Part shown: piece after piece, positions 30,198 to 40,908 of the stretch | Layout: each line of letters begins with the position of its first letter | Position numbering within the stretch: the stretch's first letter is position 1 | DNA from: Acidobacteriota bacterium | Lineage (GTDB): Bacteria > Acidobacteriota > UBA6911 | Direction: 5' to 3' | DNA: 64,000 bases | Assembly: GCA_963664705.1 (NCBI GenBank) | Contig: OY761556.1 | Location: forward strand, 352,001-416,000 | Translations under genes and position numbers: made by a program | The notes under the pieces: model-generated | What the model was told of the DNA's origin: nothing | What the model saw: the letters and a program-made list of their open reading frames with translations, nothing else | The model's database searches: none

Positions 30198-31913
30198 TCA
30201 TTCAAGGGCAACCGCTTCGAATGGGGCCAGGAGAATACTGTCTAGTACCGTTTCCGATGCGCGTGCCGGATTGCTGCTTAGTTTTACTTTTATGGGAGCA
30301 TTCCGGCCGAGGCTAATCCTTCGAACCTGGTTCGACATATTCAGCGCTACAATTACTTCCTGGCCCCCGCTCTTTCGACTGTAGACGAAGACACAAGGAT
30401 CTTTCCCAATCGACGAGTAGCTTCCCGATAGAATTGCCGGCGAGCTTCGGCGCAGCCGCACTGCGTTCTTGAAGAAACTCAGAATTGAATTCCGGTCTTG
30501 TTCCATGACCGCAACATTGCGTGTGGCTGCCGCCGACGGTACCGGCAACCAACTCTTTGGGGCGGTCGAGAAACCGGCATTGCGTCCGCCGGTCCATTGC
30601 ATCGGAGTTCGTTCGCCGTCGCGCCCCTTGTCCTTCGGCCAAAATCGTTTTCCGACAGGGTCGCGCACATCCTCAATCCGTTGCGGGAGCGTTGTTTTCA
30701 TTCCAATTTCTTCTCCATAATAAAAAAATGGAGAACCGCGCAGAGTCAGGAGCATCAGGATCAATAGCTTGGCAATCTCGTCGTTATGCGTGCCGTCGCC
30801 GAGCCGATCGTAGGCGCGCGCATTGTCGTGGTTGCTCAGGACATAATTGATCGGCCGGTTTCGAAGAACTCTCTCAAGGTCATCAACTGTTTTGCGAAAA
30901 GCTTTGGCGTCCAATTTGGGTTGGGTCAGCAGGAAAAAATTGAACGGCATCTCGAACTCATCATCACGGCTGCCATAATACGCTAGCAGATCTGCCACCT
31001 TCGGTGGATAGGTTTCGCCCAGCAGAATATGACCCGGGCCAAACTCATCCGCAACGCGGCGAAGCTTCCGGAATACTCCGTGATTTTCCTGAAGACCGCT
31101 GGTGTACTTATATCCCTGCTCCGGTTCGCCGTCGGGGCGAATGTTGCCGGTCAGCGGATTGTTGCTCATTTTGGGGTCTTCGAAGATCGTATCGATTGCA
31201 TCGACACGGAATCCGTCGATGCCCCTGCGAAACCAGAAGCGTACCGAGTTGAACATTGCATCGGCGACACTTGAATTGCGCCAATTCAGGTCAGGTTGTG
31301 CCGCATAGAAAAAGTGATAATAGTACTGCATCGTTTTTGCATCCCAGGTCCAGGAGCTCCCGCCGAAAAGCGATCCCCAATTATTGGGCGGGCCACCGGA
31401 CGGTCCGGCATTTTTCCATATATACCAGTCTCTCTTGGGATTGTTGCGCGAGGATCTTGATTCAAGGAAGAAAGGATGCCGGTCCGATGTATGGTTGATA
31501 ACAAAATCACAGATGATTTTGATATGACGCCGATGAGCCTCCTTAACCAGCCGATCGAAGTCCGCCAGCGTTCCGAACTGCGGGTCCACAGCTTCATAAT
31601 TACTGACGTCATAACCAAAATCCACCTGTGGAGAAGGGTAGAAGGGCGTAATCCAAAGAGCGTCGATCCCGATCCCGGCAAGGTAATCGAGTTTTGAAAT
31701 TATTCCATTAAGATCTCCGATTCCATCGGCGTTCGTATCCATGAAACTGCGCGGATAGATTTCATAGAAAACGGCATTTCCCCACCACTCGGATGCTGGG
31801 GCCGGCGATAGCGGCATGCTCTTCGGGTGCTGAGCCACAGTCCATGTGGCGACGAGGATTGCGAAGAAGAGGGATAAGAGGGCAAGGATTCGAAATCCGC
31901 GGGTGCCAGCCAT
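30198..31913 (-). CDS. Exported GH13 alpha-glucosidase / oligo-1,6-glucosidase
   Basis: YEIYPRSF, DFVINHTS, GFRVDAI, SNHD. Confidence 0.9.
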   Translation of the reverse strand: MAGTRGFRILALLSLFFAILVATWTVAQHPKSMPLSPAPASEWWGNAVFYEIYPRSFMDTNADGIGDLNGIISKLDYLAGIGIDALWITPFYPSPQVDFGYDVSNYEAVDPQFGTLADFDRLVKEAHRRHIKIICDFVINHTSDRHPFFLESRSSRNNPKRDWYIWKNAGPSGGPPNNWGSLFGGSSWTWDAKTMQYYYHFFYAAQPDLNWRNSSVADAMFNSVRFWFRRGIDGFRVDAIDTIFEDPKMSNNPLTGNIRPDGEPEQGYKYTSGLQENHGVFRKLRRVADEFGPGHILLGETYPPKVADLLAYYGSRDDEFEMPFNFFLLTQPKLDAKAFRKTVDDLERVLRNRPINYVLSNHDNARAYDRLGDGTHNDEIAKLLILMLLTLRGSPFFYYGEEIGMKTTLPQRIEDVRDPVGKRFWPKDKGRDGERTPMQWTGGRNAGFSTAPKSWLPVPSAAATRNVAVMEQDRNSILSFFKNAVRLRRSSPAILSGSYSSIGKDPCVFVYSRKSGGQEVIVALNMSNQVRRISLGRNAPIKVKLSSNPARASETVLDSILLAPFEAVALE

Positions 31914-32153
31914 TGAATCTCCTCCTGCTTGAGAGATCCGCGTGAATGATTATTGCAGGTTCCGTTGCTAGACGGTATCAGCGGGACGTCGAAACAAATT
32001 GGACAAGCCGTTTTCTATCAAGCGGGAATCCCGCTGTTTCAATTCTCTAATTATGCCACCTTGCTGTTTTAGCCGGAAATCAAAGGGTGGGGACTGGGCT
32101 TGCCGGAATGGTTTTGCTGCGCCTATGATTATGTATTGAGGAGTGATGGTCCT

Positions 32154-33731
32154 ATGAGCCTGAGCGCTGCGGGAAACTCTGGATGCCACCGATGGTTCCG
32201 CTTCGTTTGCACCACTATGTTGCTGGCCGGTCTGATATCAGAAATAGGAGCGGCTCCGCCGGCAGCGAGTCCGCTGAACCCATCAGAAGAATCCGAAAAC
32301 ATTGTCGTGGATGCGGCGGCTCCTTCGCACGCCTTCCCACATTTCTGGGAGCAGATATTCGGTTCGGGCCGCGCCGTGCTCAGCCTTCGGGATTCCTATC
32401 GAAAGGACTTGCGCAGGGTAAGGGATGTCACCGAAATGCAGTATGTCCGCTGCCACGCGATCTTTCATGATGAAATCGGCATCTACGGCGAGGACGCCGG
32501 TGGGAATCCTGTCTACAACTTTACCTACGCGGATCAGATTTATGACGGTTTACTCGAAAATAAAGTCCGGCCTTTTGTCGAACTGAGTTTCATGCCGTCC
32601 AAGCTGGCTGCATCCCAAAAAGAGCACCCATTCTGGTACCGTCCGATCGTGGCTCCTCCAAAGAACTGGAACCGATGGGAAGATCTTATCTACCGCTTTG
32701 CGAGCCACCTTGTGGAGCGCTATGGGATAGATGAAGTATCCCGGTGGTATTTCGAAGTCTGGAACGAGCCGAACATCGACTTTTGGGCCGGCGAACCTAA
32801 AGAACGTACCTATTATGAGCTGTATGACCGGGCTGCCCGGGCCCTGAAGCATGTCAGCCCCAGACTGCGGGTAGGTGGGCCCGCAACTGCGCAGGCTGCC
32901 TGGGTGGATCGCTTTATCGACCATTGTGCAACCGGTGCGGTTCCGGTTGATTTTGTCTCTACTCACGCCTATGCCAATGATACCTCTAAAGATATTTTTG
33001 GTACGATGGAGGTGATTCCCCGCAGTGACATGATTGCCCGCGCAGTACAGAAGGTCTACAAACAGGTTAAAGACTCACGAATGCCGTCTCTGCCGATTGT
33101 CTGGAGCGAATTCAACGCCAGCTATATGAATGAAGTCGAGGTCACGGATTCTCCTTACATGGGACCCTGGTTGGCCAACACAATCCGCCAGTGCGACGGA
33201 TTGGTGTCCTCGCTATCTTACTGGACCTTCTCGGACGTTTTCGAGGAACAGGGTGTTGCCAGGAGTCCATTTTATGGCGGCTTCGGCCTGATTGCGCCCG
33301 GCGGGATTTCCAAAGCCTCCTTTAATGTCTTCAAGCTTCTGCATCAACTGGGAACTGAACGCCTGGAGGCTGCTTCCGCATCGGTGATCGTAACGAAGCT
33401 CCCCGACGGTTCGCTGGCTCTCGCGGTCTGGAATTATTCACCCCCGGGAGTACAGGGTAACGACAGACGTATCACCCTGTCCTTTAAAAATCTTGGCGGC
33501 CGCCGGCGCGTACGCATTGGGCTGGTCGACCGGGATCATGGTTCCCCCCTTTCGGCATGGGAGTCGATGGGCAAACCCCCGTTCCCATCGCGTGCGCAGC
33601 AGCAGGCCCTGCTCAAGGCTGCGGAATTGCCGCCTATGGAAGCACGTACTCTGAAAGCAAGGAGTGAAACGGCTTCCACGGAGATCCTTTTGCAAAGCCA
33701 GGGCTTGGCTCTTGTCATTGTCAAAAAATGA
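32154..33731 (+). CDS. GH39 glycoside hydrolase (beta-xylosidase-like)
   Basis: YVRCHAIFHD, FEVWNEP, SEFN, WTFSDVFEEQG; start approximate. Confidence 0.9.
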   Translation: MSLSAAGNSGCHRWFRFVCTTMLLAGLISEIGAAPPAASPLNPSEESENIVVDAAAPSHAFPHFWEQIFGSGRAVLSLRDSYRKDLRRVRDVTEMQYVRCHAIFHDEIGIYGEDAGGNPVYNFTYADQIYDGLLENKVRPFVELSFMPSKLAASQKEHPFWYRPIVAPPKNWNRWEDLIYRFASHLVERYGIDEVSRWYFEVWNEPNIDFWAGEPKERTYYELYDRAARALKHVSPRLRVGGPATAQAAWVDRFIDHCATGAVPVDFVSTHAYANDTSKDIFGTMEVIPRSDMIARAVQKVYKQVKDSRMPSLPIVWSEFNASYMNEVEVTDSPYMGPWLANTIRQCDGLVSSLSYWTFSDVFEEQGVARSPFYGGFGLIAPGGISKASFNVFKLLHQLGTERLEAASASVIVTKLPDGSLALAVWNYSPPGVQGNDRRITLSFKNLGGRRRVRIGLVDRDHGSPLSAWESMGKPPFPSRAQQQALLKAAELPPMEARTLKARSETASTEILLQSQGLALVIVKK

Positions 33732-33801
33732 ATGGAGGGCCGACGCATCGCCGGCAGGGACCGCAGTGGAGGAATCCGTCCTTAAAAAGAAGCCTGCGCA
33801 A

Positions 33802-35136
33802 ATGGTCATATGGTTGCGCCCTGCAGTTTACGCTGCAGGAGTGATTGTTCTATTCGCATGCATGACCATGACGACGGCACTGCGCCTCTCTGTCAGCGCG
33901 GTGCCGATGGATGCAGCCGCGAAGCCAAACGAATTGACTGCGCAGGATAGGTTGCTGCTTGAGGATCTGAGCTCAAGGCTGTTCCGTTTTTTCAATGAAC
34001 ATACCAACCGCAGGACCGGTCTTGTCGACGACCGCGCGCGTGCTGACGGTTCACGGGCATGGCCTCCCGTCTTTGCGAGCATGGCTGCAACCGGATTCGG
34101 ATTGACCGCACTGTCGATCGCGCCGGATCGCGGCTGGCTGACTGCTGAACAGGCGCGCGAACGGCTACGGCTTTATCTCCGGTTTCTTGCAGATAAAGCG
34201 CCGCATGAGCGCGGCTGGTTCTATCACTTCGTATATCCGGAAAGTGGGAAGCGATACGGTTCCTCAGAAATATCATCCATCGATACGGCTTTGCTGCTTT
34301 GCGGTGTGCTGGAGGCACGCTATCGATTTGCGGACGATGCAGAGATAGTGCAGCTTGCCGACAGAATCTGCGAGCGGGTAGATTATCCATGGATGCTGAA
34401 TGGGGATCCGTTTCTTTTATCTCACGGCTGGAAGCCGGAAAGCGGCTTTATCAAATATCGCTGGGATACCTACTCCGAGGACACCGTTCTTTATCTTTTG
34501 GCCATTGGTTCGAAGACCCGGCCGATTCCGGCCGAATCCTGGTATGCATGGAAGCGCACTGCGGTTACCTATGATGCCTACACCTACATTTCGGGCGGAT
34601 CCCTTTTCACGCATCAATACTCGCACGCCTGGGTCGATTATCGAAACAGGAGAGAAATTCATCCACCCTATACCGATTATTTTGAGAACTCCATCGCGGC
34701 AACGCGCGCGCATAGGGCCTTCTGTATGGATCTCTCGGGCAAATTCCCCGGGTATTCCTCCAATGTCTGGGGGATTACTGCTTCCGACAGTGTCAAAGGA
34801 TACCTGGGATGGGGCGGCCCACCGGTTGATCCGTCGATTGACGGTACCGTCGTTCCTTCGGCAGCCGGAGGCTCGCTCATGTTTACTCCGGATATCTGCC
34901 TGTCGGCGCTGCGGACCATGCAAGACAATTATGGGAAGCGGATCTACGGACGTTATGGGTTTGTGGATGCCTTCAATCCAAACACCGGATGGATAGACTC
35001 CGATGTGGTTGGCATCGATGTGGGGATTACCCTGCTGAGCGCAGTGAACCTCATGGATGGCGGCGTGTGGCGCTGGTTCATGCGCAATCCTGAGATCTCA
35101 CATACGATGGATAGAGTCGGATTGGTAAAACGGTAA
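33802..35136 (+). CDS. Glucoamylase-like / GH144-like (beta-1,2-glucanase family) protein
   Basis: ASMAATGFGL, GWFYHF, EISSIDTALL, LFTHQYSHAW, WGITAS, GRYGFVDAFN; start approximate. Confidence 0.8.
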   Translation: MVIWLRPAVYAAGVIVLFACMTMTTALRLSVSAVPMDAAAKPNELTAQDRLLLEDLSSRLFRFFNEHTNRRTGLVDDRARADGSRAWPPVFASMAATGFGLTALSIAPDRGWLTAEQARERLRLYLRFLADKAPHERGWFYHFVYPESGKRYGSSEISSIDTALLLCGVLEARYRFADDAEIVQLADRICERVDYPWMLNGDPFLLSHGWKPESGFIKYRWDTYSEDTVLYLLAIGSKTRPIPAESWYAWKRTAVTYDAYTYISGGSLFTHQYSHAWVDYRNRREIHPPYTDYFENSIAATRAHRAFCMDLSGKFPGYSSNVWGITASDSVKGYLGWGGPPVDPSIDGTVVPSAAGGSLMFTPDICLSALRTMQDNYGKRIYGRYGFVDAFNPNTGWIDSDVVGIDVGITLLSAVNLMDGGVWRWFMRNPEISHTMDRVGLVKR

Positions 35137-35137
35137 T

Positions 35138-35203
35138 CCACTGGGAGCGCCGGGCGTCTCGGCTAACGTGCATATTAGCGCGAATGGGAGCCGCGGCGCT
35201 CCC
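35138..35203. repeat. REP-like palindrome (GGGAGCGCCG family)
   Basis: GGGAGCGCCG (35143-52)/CGGCGCTCCC (35194-203); near-identical inverted copy at ~45041-45072. Confidence 0.65.
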
Positions 35204-35209
35204 TCCTGC

Positions 35210-38200
35210 CTAAAAACTCAGCCTTGCCTGCAGTTCCACGACGCGGCCGGCGAGCCCCGCATCAGCTTGACCAAACGTGGCCCGGTCAGCGTGCGTTGCA
35301 TTGCTGTCGAACTGGAACGGCTGCAGGTTCAGCTTGTTGAATATATTGAAGAAATTTGCCCGGATGTTGATCTTTGCCGGTTCTTTCATATATCTCAATC
35401 CCGACAATTCGAATGTCTTTCCGAGTGTCATGTCGACTGAAAAGTAACGCGGCCCACGGAAGGAATTGCGACCGATTCCGGGCTGTCCCGATTGGGTAAA
35501 ATCGAAGTAGACGGCGCCTCCTCCGGGGAAATTGCCTCCGGGCCGCGTGAACGCATCGGTACCACTATCGTTAAGCGGTTGGGCAATCTGAGCAATGGGT
35601 CGCGTTGGGGCAAGTGACGGTCCACCTGGAGTGCTGACCGCGACGCCGGTGACGGGCGTCCATGGAAAGCCTGAGTGCGCGGTCAGGATGCTGGAGATTT
35701 GCCAGCCTCCGGCCATCTTTCCAATCCAGTCCTTCCTGGCCCGCAATAGCGGCAGGTCCCATACACCCGACCATGTCAAATAGTGCCTGGCGTCGAAATC
35801 CGACGGTCCGCGCTCGCTGGCCAGATCCTGTGGGTAGGTCTGATTCCCGCACGCGCAGGGGCTGTCGCCGTACGACAGGGTGTCGATACTTTTGCTCCAG
35901 CGATAACGAAGCTCGGTCTGGAAGCCTCGCCCGAATCGGTGCGTCAGACGCGTGGTCATCGCATTGAAGTTGGCATTGACATCATCCATGGGGAGGTAGA
36001 CCGCAAAGAAACTGGGATTGTTTTGGTAAAGAAAGTTCTGGTTTACGATGCGCGCGAAATGATGCCCGGAGCTTCCCTCATAACCCAGCGCGGCCACCCA
36101 CTGGTCCGGCAGTTCATATTCAACGCCGAACGAATATTCATAGACGTATGGCGTTCTCAGATTGGGCTGGGCTCCATAGATCTCGACCGCCGTATCGAAG
36201 CTGCAACCGGCATTTCCGCAAATGCCCCCAGTCACCGGATCAATCCCGTAGGCGAGGGCCTGATTTACCGGAAAACTCAGCGGCGAATTGTTTGTGCCAA
36301 GCGCGTACTGGATCACGCCATTGGCGAATGGTGTTCCGAACCATGTGGGTGCCGTGCCACAGCAGATATTGTTGCGCGCGAAGTATGGAGGGTTCCCGCG
36401 CACGTTGCCAATGCCGTTGTTGGGAATTCGGTTATAGAAAATGCCGAATCCGCCCCGGACGACCAGCCTGTCCGAAAAGGATTTTGGACTATAGGCGAAT
36501 CCGATGCGAGGCGCAAAGTCGGTGAAGATCTTGTCATAAAGATCGCTCACAGGCCGAACAACCGCGTTCCGCAAGTCTCCAGGCGAGGGGAAGAGGATAT
36601 TGCTAAGCTGGCCTTTATCTTCCGCCAGCGGGGAAAAGTACTCCCAGCGTAGGCCGAGATTCAAAGTCAGGTTCGGGTGGACTTTCCAGTCGTCCTGCGC
36701 GAAGAGAGCCCAGTTGCTCGTACGGAAATATTTCTGAGCATCTCCAGGGAAACCGGTTCTCGGGTCCGTGTTAACGCCCTCAAAGATCGGAGTATCGTTG
36801 GCCAGGTTCCAGAAACCGGAGAAGGAATAAACCGGGCGGGCTCCGCCGAGCAGATTGCTGTTGTCCTGCTCCTTGCGGATTTCGATCCCGAACTTGGTTC
36901 CGTGAGGACCCAATACCTTATTCAGCGTGTCGCGAAATTCGATGGTGTTTTGAGCAAAAATGGCCGGCGTGGCTTCGCTGCGTGTTGCGCCGAATTTGAT
37001 ACGACTGAAAGGATAGAACTCGACGTCGATCTCCGGAACGCCGAAGTTGGTGGTAGCGGCATCCGAAACCTGGTTGTCGGAAAACCGCGTAAAGTTGATA
37101 CGCGCCTGGTTCAGCATCGTGGAACTTATTGTGTGATTCCATTCTGCTGTGATGGCTGTGTTGATTGGTTTGAATGCAACGTCGGCAATAGGGCGACTGT
37201 CGGCTCCGGAATCAGCTCCGAACGTATCGAGCGCAGAAACATAGGAACTTGCCATGAACGTATCGTTGCCATGCTGGAAATCCACCCTGCCATTGAACTG
37301 GTCTCCTCTTTTTCTGCTGGGGACCGCAAGAATTACCTGCTGCAGGTCGGGCACTCCGTCAAAACCGCCGCCTGTATAGTGACCATCCGGCTGGTTGGGC
37401 GGATTCGGGTTGACATATGTGCCGAGAGATCCCGTGATGGATCCGATGTCGAGACCCCCGCTGACAGCCTGGCAAGTATTGGCGGGGAAAATACTGCAGG
37501 ATGGCGTGACCACCTGAACAACCCGCGGATCGAGGCCCGGCATCTGAAATACTCTGGCTGTGATTCCCGTGGGGCGGGCTGCAATCACAGCCTGGCGAAA
37601 TTGCGGAGTCTCTATATAGGTAGGGGTGGAATAGTTGGTGCTTTGATTTCTCAGCCCCTCATAGGAAAAGAAGAAAAACAGCTTGTCCTTCAGAATCGGC
37701 CCACCGACACTTCCTCCGAAGTTTCTGAAAGCATTTTCCACGCGTTGAGGGGAAGTCCCATTGGGACCCCCGTACTTGTTGAACGCGTTCAGGCCGGGCT
37801 GGTTATATTTAAAAAAGCCGCTTCCATGGAATTGGTTGGTTCCGTTCTTCGAGATTACCTGGACCTGGGCGCCGGAATTTCGCCCGTACTGGGCGTCGAA
37901 TGCGGTGGACGTAACCTTGATTTCCTTGACCGATTCCTGATTCGGGGTCACCACGGCAGCCCCGCCATACCCAAGACTGTTGACGCTTACTCCGTCAATC
38001 AGGAAATTGTTGTCGCTGACCCGTTGCCCATTCGCCGAAATCTGCGGCTGATTTTCAGTTTGGAATACCGAGGTATTGGATCCTCCCGGTCCGGGCAGAT
38101 TTCCCAACGATACCGCATTGCCATTCCCGGCACGAGAACCACTGCCAAATACGCCGGGAGACAGGCGCAGGATTTCGTAGGGATCTCTTCCCACCTGGGG

Positions 38201-38650
38201 AAGAGACTCGACCTGTTGCGTGCTGAGCGTTGATGACAATTCCGCATTCTCGGTCTGGAGGGCCGGCGCTGTTTCTCCGTAAACTGTGACGGTATTGGTA
38301 ATGTCACCCGGCGCAAGTTTAAAGTTAATGCCGCTGGGGCTCTCGGCCCTGATGACAACGCTTTCCAGCACCGCCTTCTTGAATCCGGTCAGCGATGCGC
38401 TGACCGCATATGCGCCCGGTGCCAATCCCTGGATCCGGTAAAAACCGGAATCCTCCGTAAGGGTGGTATACACCTTGTTTGTTTCTTTGCTGGTTGCGGT
38501 AACAGTAGCGCCCGGGAGGACCCCTCCGGTTATATCCGATACCGTACCTTGGATAGAGGCTCTGAACTGTGCATTAGCGGCAGGAGTCGCTAAAAGCAAG
38601 CTTAGGGCACACAGCAGAATGCCCCAAAGACAACCACTTTGCTTTAACAT
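35210..38650 (-). CDS. TonB-dependent receptor (Oar-like, with carboxypeptidase-regulatory-like N-domain)
   Basis: Signal peptide from MLKQS; GTVSD..GGVLPGATV, NNFLIDGV, AQDDWKV..NLTLNLGLRWEY, C-terminal RLSF. Confidence 0.92.
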   Translation of the reverse strand: MLKQSGCLWGILLCALSLLLATPAANAQFRASIQGTVSDITGGVLPGATVTATSKETNKVYTTLTEDSGFYRIQGLAPGAYAVSASLTGFKKAVLESVVIRAESPSGINFKLAPGDITNTVTVYGETAPALQTENAELSSTLSTQQVESLPQVGRDPYEILRLSPGVFGSGSRAGNGNAVSLGNLPGPGGSNTSVFQTENQPQISANGQRVSDNNFLIDGVSVNSLGYGGAAVVTPNQESVKEIKVTSTAFDAQYGRNSGAQVQVISKNGTNQFHGSGFFKYNQPGLNAFNKYGGPNGTSPQRVENAFRNFGGSVGGPILKDKLFFFFSYEGLRNQSTNYSTPTYIETPQFRQAVIAARPTGITARVFQMPGLDPRVVQVVTPSCSIFPANTCQAVSGGLDIGSITGSLGTYVNPNPPNQPDGHYTGGGFDGVPDLQQVILAVPSRKRGDQFNGRVDFQHGNDTFMASSYVSALDTFGADSGADSRPIADVAFKPINTAITAEWNHTISSTMLNQARINFTRFSDNQVSDAATTNFGVPEIDVEFYPFSRIKFGATRSEATPAIFAQNTIEFRDTLNKVLGPHGTKFGIEIRKEQDNSNLLGGARPVYSFSGFWNLANDTPIFEGVNTDPRTGFPGDAQKYFRTSNWALFAQDDWKVHPNLTLNLGLRWEYFSPLAEDKGQLSNILFPSPGDLRNAVVRPVSDLYDKIFTDFAPRIGFAYSPKSFSDRLVVRGGFGIFYNRIPNNGIGNVRGNPPYFARNNICCGTAPTWFGTPFANGVIQYALGTNNSPLSFPVNQALAYGIDPVTGGICGNAGCSFDTAVEIYGAQPNLRTPYVYEYSFGVEYELPDQWVAALGYEGSSGHHFARIVNQNFLYQNNPSFFAVYLPMDDVNANFNAMTTRLTHRFGRGFQTELRYRWSKSIDTLSYGDSPCACGNQTYPQDLASERGPSDFDARHYLTWSGVWDLPLLRARKDWIGKMAGGWQISSILTAHSGFPWTPVTGVAVSTPGGPSLAPTRPIAQIAQPLNDSGTDAFTRPGGNFPGGGAVYFDFTQSGQPGIGRNSFRGPRYFSVDMTLGKTFELSGLRYMKEPAKINIRANFFNIFNKLNLQPFQFDSNATHADRATFGQADAGLAGRVVELQARLSF

Positions 38651-38838
38651 AACGCTTCCTTCGAGAGGTTCTCTTGCTATGCGGGGGGGCTGATTTTTTA
38701 GCCCACAATCAGGCAGCTCATTTGGGGGGGGAATTACTAATAGGATAGATGAAGGTTGTCTTCCAGGCAAGCGCTGGCATTCCCTGCCAGGGAAGCCGGC
38801 GCTCAAAAACGGAGGATGTCGTGATTCCCGGAGGCGTT

Positions 38839-39684
38839 CTATGCGAGGTTTTGTTTGGCCTGATCGATGGATTGCAGAATTGAGGAGCATCGACCCTGCA
38901 ATTCCTCCCAGGTTAATCCTACTGCGGGCAGCATGGTCAGAACTTCTTCACAGGCATGCTCTTCCTCAAGGGCAAGACACTCTTTCAGACTGTCGGACTT
39001 CTGTGCCAGCGCATGACTGAGCCTCAAAATTCCTATGATCGACGGATCTCCCTTGTATAGTTCAGGCTCATGGTGCGCGCGGACGAGATCTACTATCTCC
39101 TTTTCGAATTTCCAGCTTTCGAGCAGGCGGGCTCCTACATCCACGTGATCCACCTCGAAACTGGTTCTCTCCTCTTCCACCGGGGGGAAAGGGCTCGACT
39201 TTGTAAGCGCTTCATATTCTTTCTCGAAATGCTGGGCAAGAACCAGGTGCCCGACATTTTGAACCATGGCTGCGAGGAGGAGTGCATCCCTTTTTTCGCG
39301 CGGCTTGCTGACCGCGAGAACATTGGCGATTCCAACTGTCGCGAGAGCATGGGCCCACACATCCTGCAGATAGGTTCTCGTCACGCGAGGCAACTGGTTA
39401 AATGTATTGATCAGGATCAACCCGGAAGCCATGCTTCTGACTGCCGTATATCCCAGGAGCACGACAGCCTGTCGAATCGACGAAACCTTTCGGAGCAGGC
39501 CATAGGCTGCCGAGTTCACAGTCCGGAGCAGATGCGTGACCAGCCCCGGCTCGGCCATGATTTTTTCTTCCAGCGCACGGCCGGTACTCGCCGGATCACT
39601 CGTAAGAGCCAAGATCGACTGGAGAATGTGAGGAATTGAAGGAATGGACGCTCCCTCGACAATCCTTTGCGCTTTGTCGGCCAT
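38839..39684 (-). CDS. HDOD-domain protein
   Basis: PSIP, LLRTVNSAAYG, SIRQAVVLLG, DHVDVGARLLESWKF, AHH. Confidence 0.9.
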   Translation of the reverse strand: MADKAQRIVEGASIPSIPHILQSILALTSDPASTGRALEEKIMAEPGLVTHLLRTVNSAAYGLLRKVSSIRQAVVLLGYTAVRSMASGLILINTFNQLPRVTRTYLQDVWAHALATVGIANVLAVSKPREKRDALLLAAMVQNVGHLVLAQHFEKEYEALTKSSPFPPVEEERTSFEVDHVDVGARLLESWKFEKEIVDLVRAHHEPELYKGDPSIIGILRLSHALAQKSDSLKECLALEEEHACEEVLTMLPAVGLTWEELQGRCSSILQSIDQAKQNLA

Positions 39685-40112
39685 TATGATTTGTGCTTGA
39701 GCTGGATGGTTTCCGTCATGACTTTCTCCCAGCGACCTATGTGCCGGTATGCGGTTTCGATCACTTCGTCCAGTTCAGCCAGATCCTTAAAAGGCTTCAG
39801 TATATAATCCGCGGCACCATGGAATCGGCTGTTGGCCACTTTCATCAGACTTGTGTATGCCGTAATCATGATGACAACGATATCGCCATGGATTTTCTTG
39901 ATAGCTTCCAGAAGCTCAATGCCATCCATCTGAGGCATATTGATATCCGTCAATACGATATGGACTTTTGCCAACCGGATCTTTTCCAGTGCGCTTGCAG
40001 CTGTGCTTGCAACGTCCACGCCATATCCGTCCAATTCCAGGTGGGTTTTCAGCGATGAGAGAATATCCTCCTCATCGTCAACCACGAGAATACGCACTTC
40101 ATTCTTTTCCAT
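39684..40112 (-). CDS. Single-domain response regulator
   Basis: ILVVDDE, TDINMP, ITAY, DYILKP. Confidence 0.92.
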   Translation of the reverse strand: MEKNEVRILVVDDEEDILSSLKTHLELDGYGVDVASTAASALEKIRLAKVHIVLTDINMPQMDGIELLEAIKKIHGDIVVIMITAYTSLMKVANSRFHGAADYILKPFKDLAELDEVIETAYRHIGRWEKVMTETIQLKHKS

Positions 40113-40908
40113 CGGATCCTCCTCCCTTTGGGAGCTTAATGATTACATCCGTTCCTCGGCCCTCTTCGCTTTCCAGATGCACGGATCCTCCGTGCCGGCC
40201 AATGATGGATCGGCATAATGGAAGCCCCAGCCCATCTCCGGCCCCTTGAGGCTTCGTCGTAAAATACGGGTCAAAGACCTTGGCCAGAGTTTCCTGACTC
40301 ATTCCGGTTCCGTTGTCTGTGACACGCAAAACGACCTGCCGATTTTCTGCTTTGAGCGAAATCTCCAGCCTTCCGCTGGTTGAATCCTCTTCACCGTATC
40401 TTTGCACGATTGCATCGCGGGCATTGGTCAGCAGCGTGGATACGGCCTGTTCCAGTTGCAGGCGATGCCCGAGCACGCTGAAGTCGCCTGTTTCTTCAAA
40501 CAACAAGCTTACCTTGACCGTACCCGCCATGAGAAATTCGTGGACATGCAGCATATCCCGCGTGACATCCAGCATCGAAACCGCAGATTCGCTTTGCAGG
40601 GAATCCGCCGTGCATTGCTTCAGTTTGTCTGCAATGGCAATGATCCGAATGGTCGCATCGAGAATGCTCTCGAGGTGCTGGCTGAATTTGGACCGCAACT
40701 CGGGGAGGGAATAGGGCCCAAACTTGGCTGTGGCATGCTGCTGCTCGTATTCATCCAGGCAGGGCTGAAGCAGCTTGAACATTTTCTTCAGATTTTGAGC
40801 GTTGACGCGGACAAAAGTGTTGGGATTGTTCAATTCATGAGCAATTGCCAACACGATCCGTTCAATGGCCCCCTGATCAATTCTTTCTACCATGAGCGGA
40901 TTTGCCAT
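40099..40908 (-). CDS. Cytoplasmic histidine kinase (HisKA + HATPase) lacking an input domain
   Basis: AHELNNP, NARDA, DNGTGM, FDPYFTTK, GLGL; AGGAG RBS before ATG 40908. Confidence 0.85.
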   Translation of the reverse strand: MANPLMVERIDQGAIERIVLAIAHELNNPNTFVRVNAQNLKKMFKLLQPCLDEYEQQHATAKFGPYSLPELRSKFSQHLESILDATIRIIAIADKLKQCTADSLQSESAVSMLDVTRDMLHVHEFLMAGTVKVSLLFEETGDFSVLGHRLQLEQAVSTLLTNARDAIVQRYGEEDSTSGRLEISLKAENRQVVLRVTDNGTGMSQETLAKVFDPYFTTKPQGAGDGLGLPLCRSIIGRHGGSVHLESEEGRGTDVIIKLPKGGGSDGKE

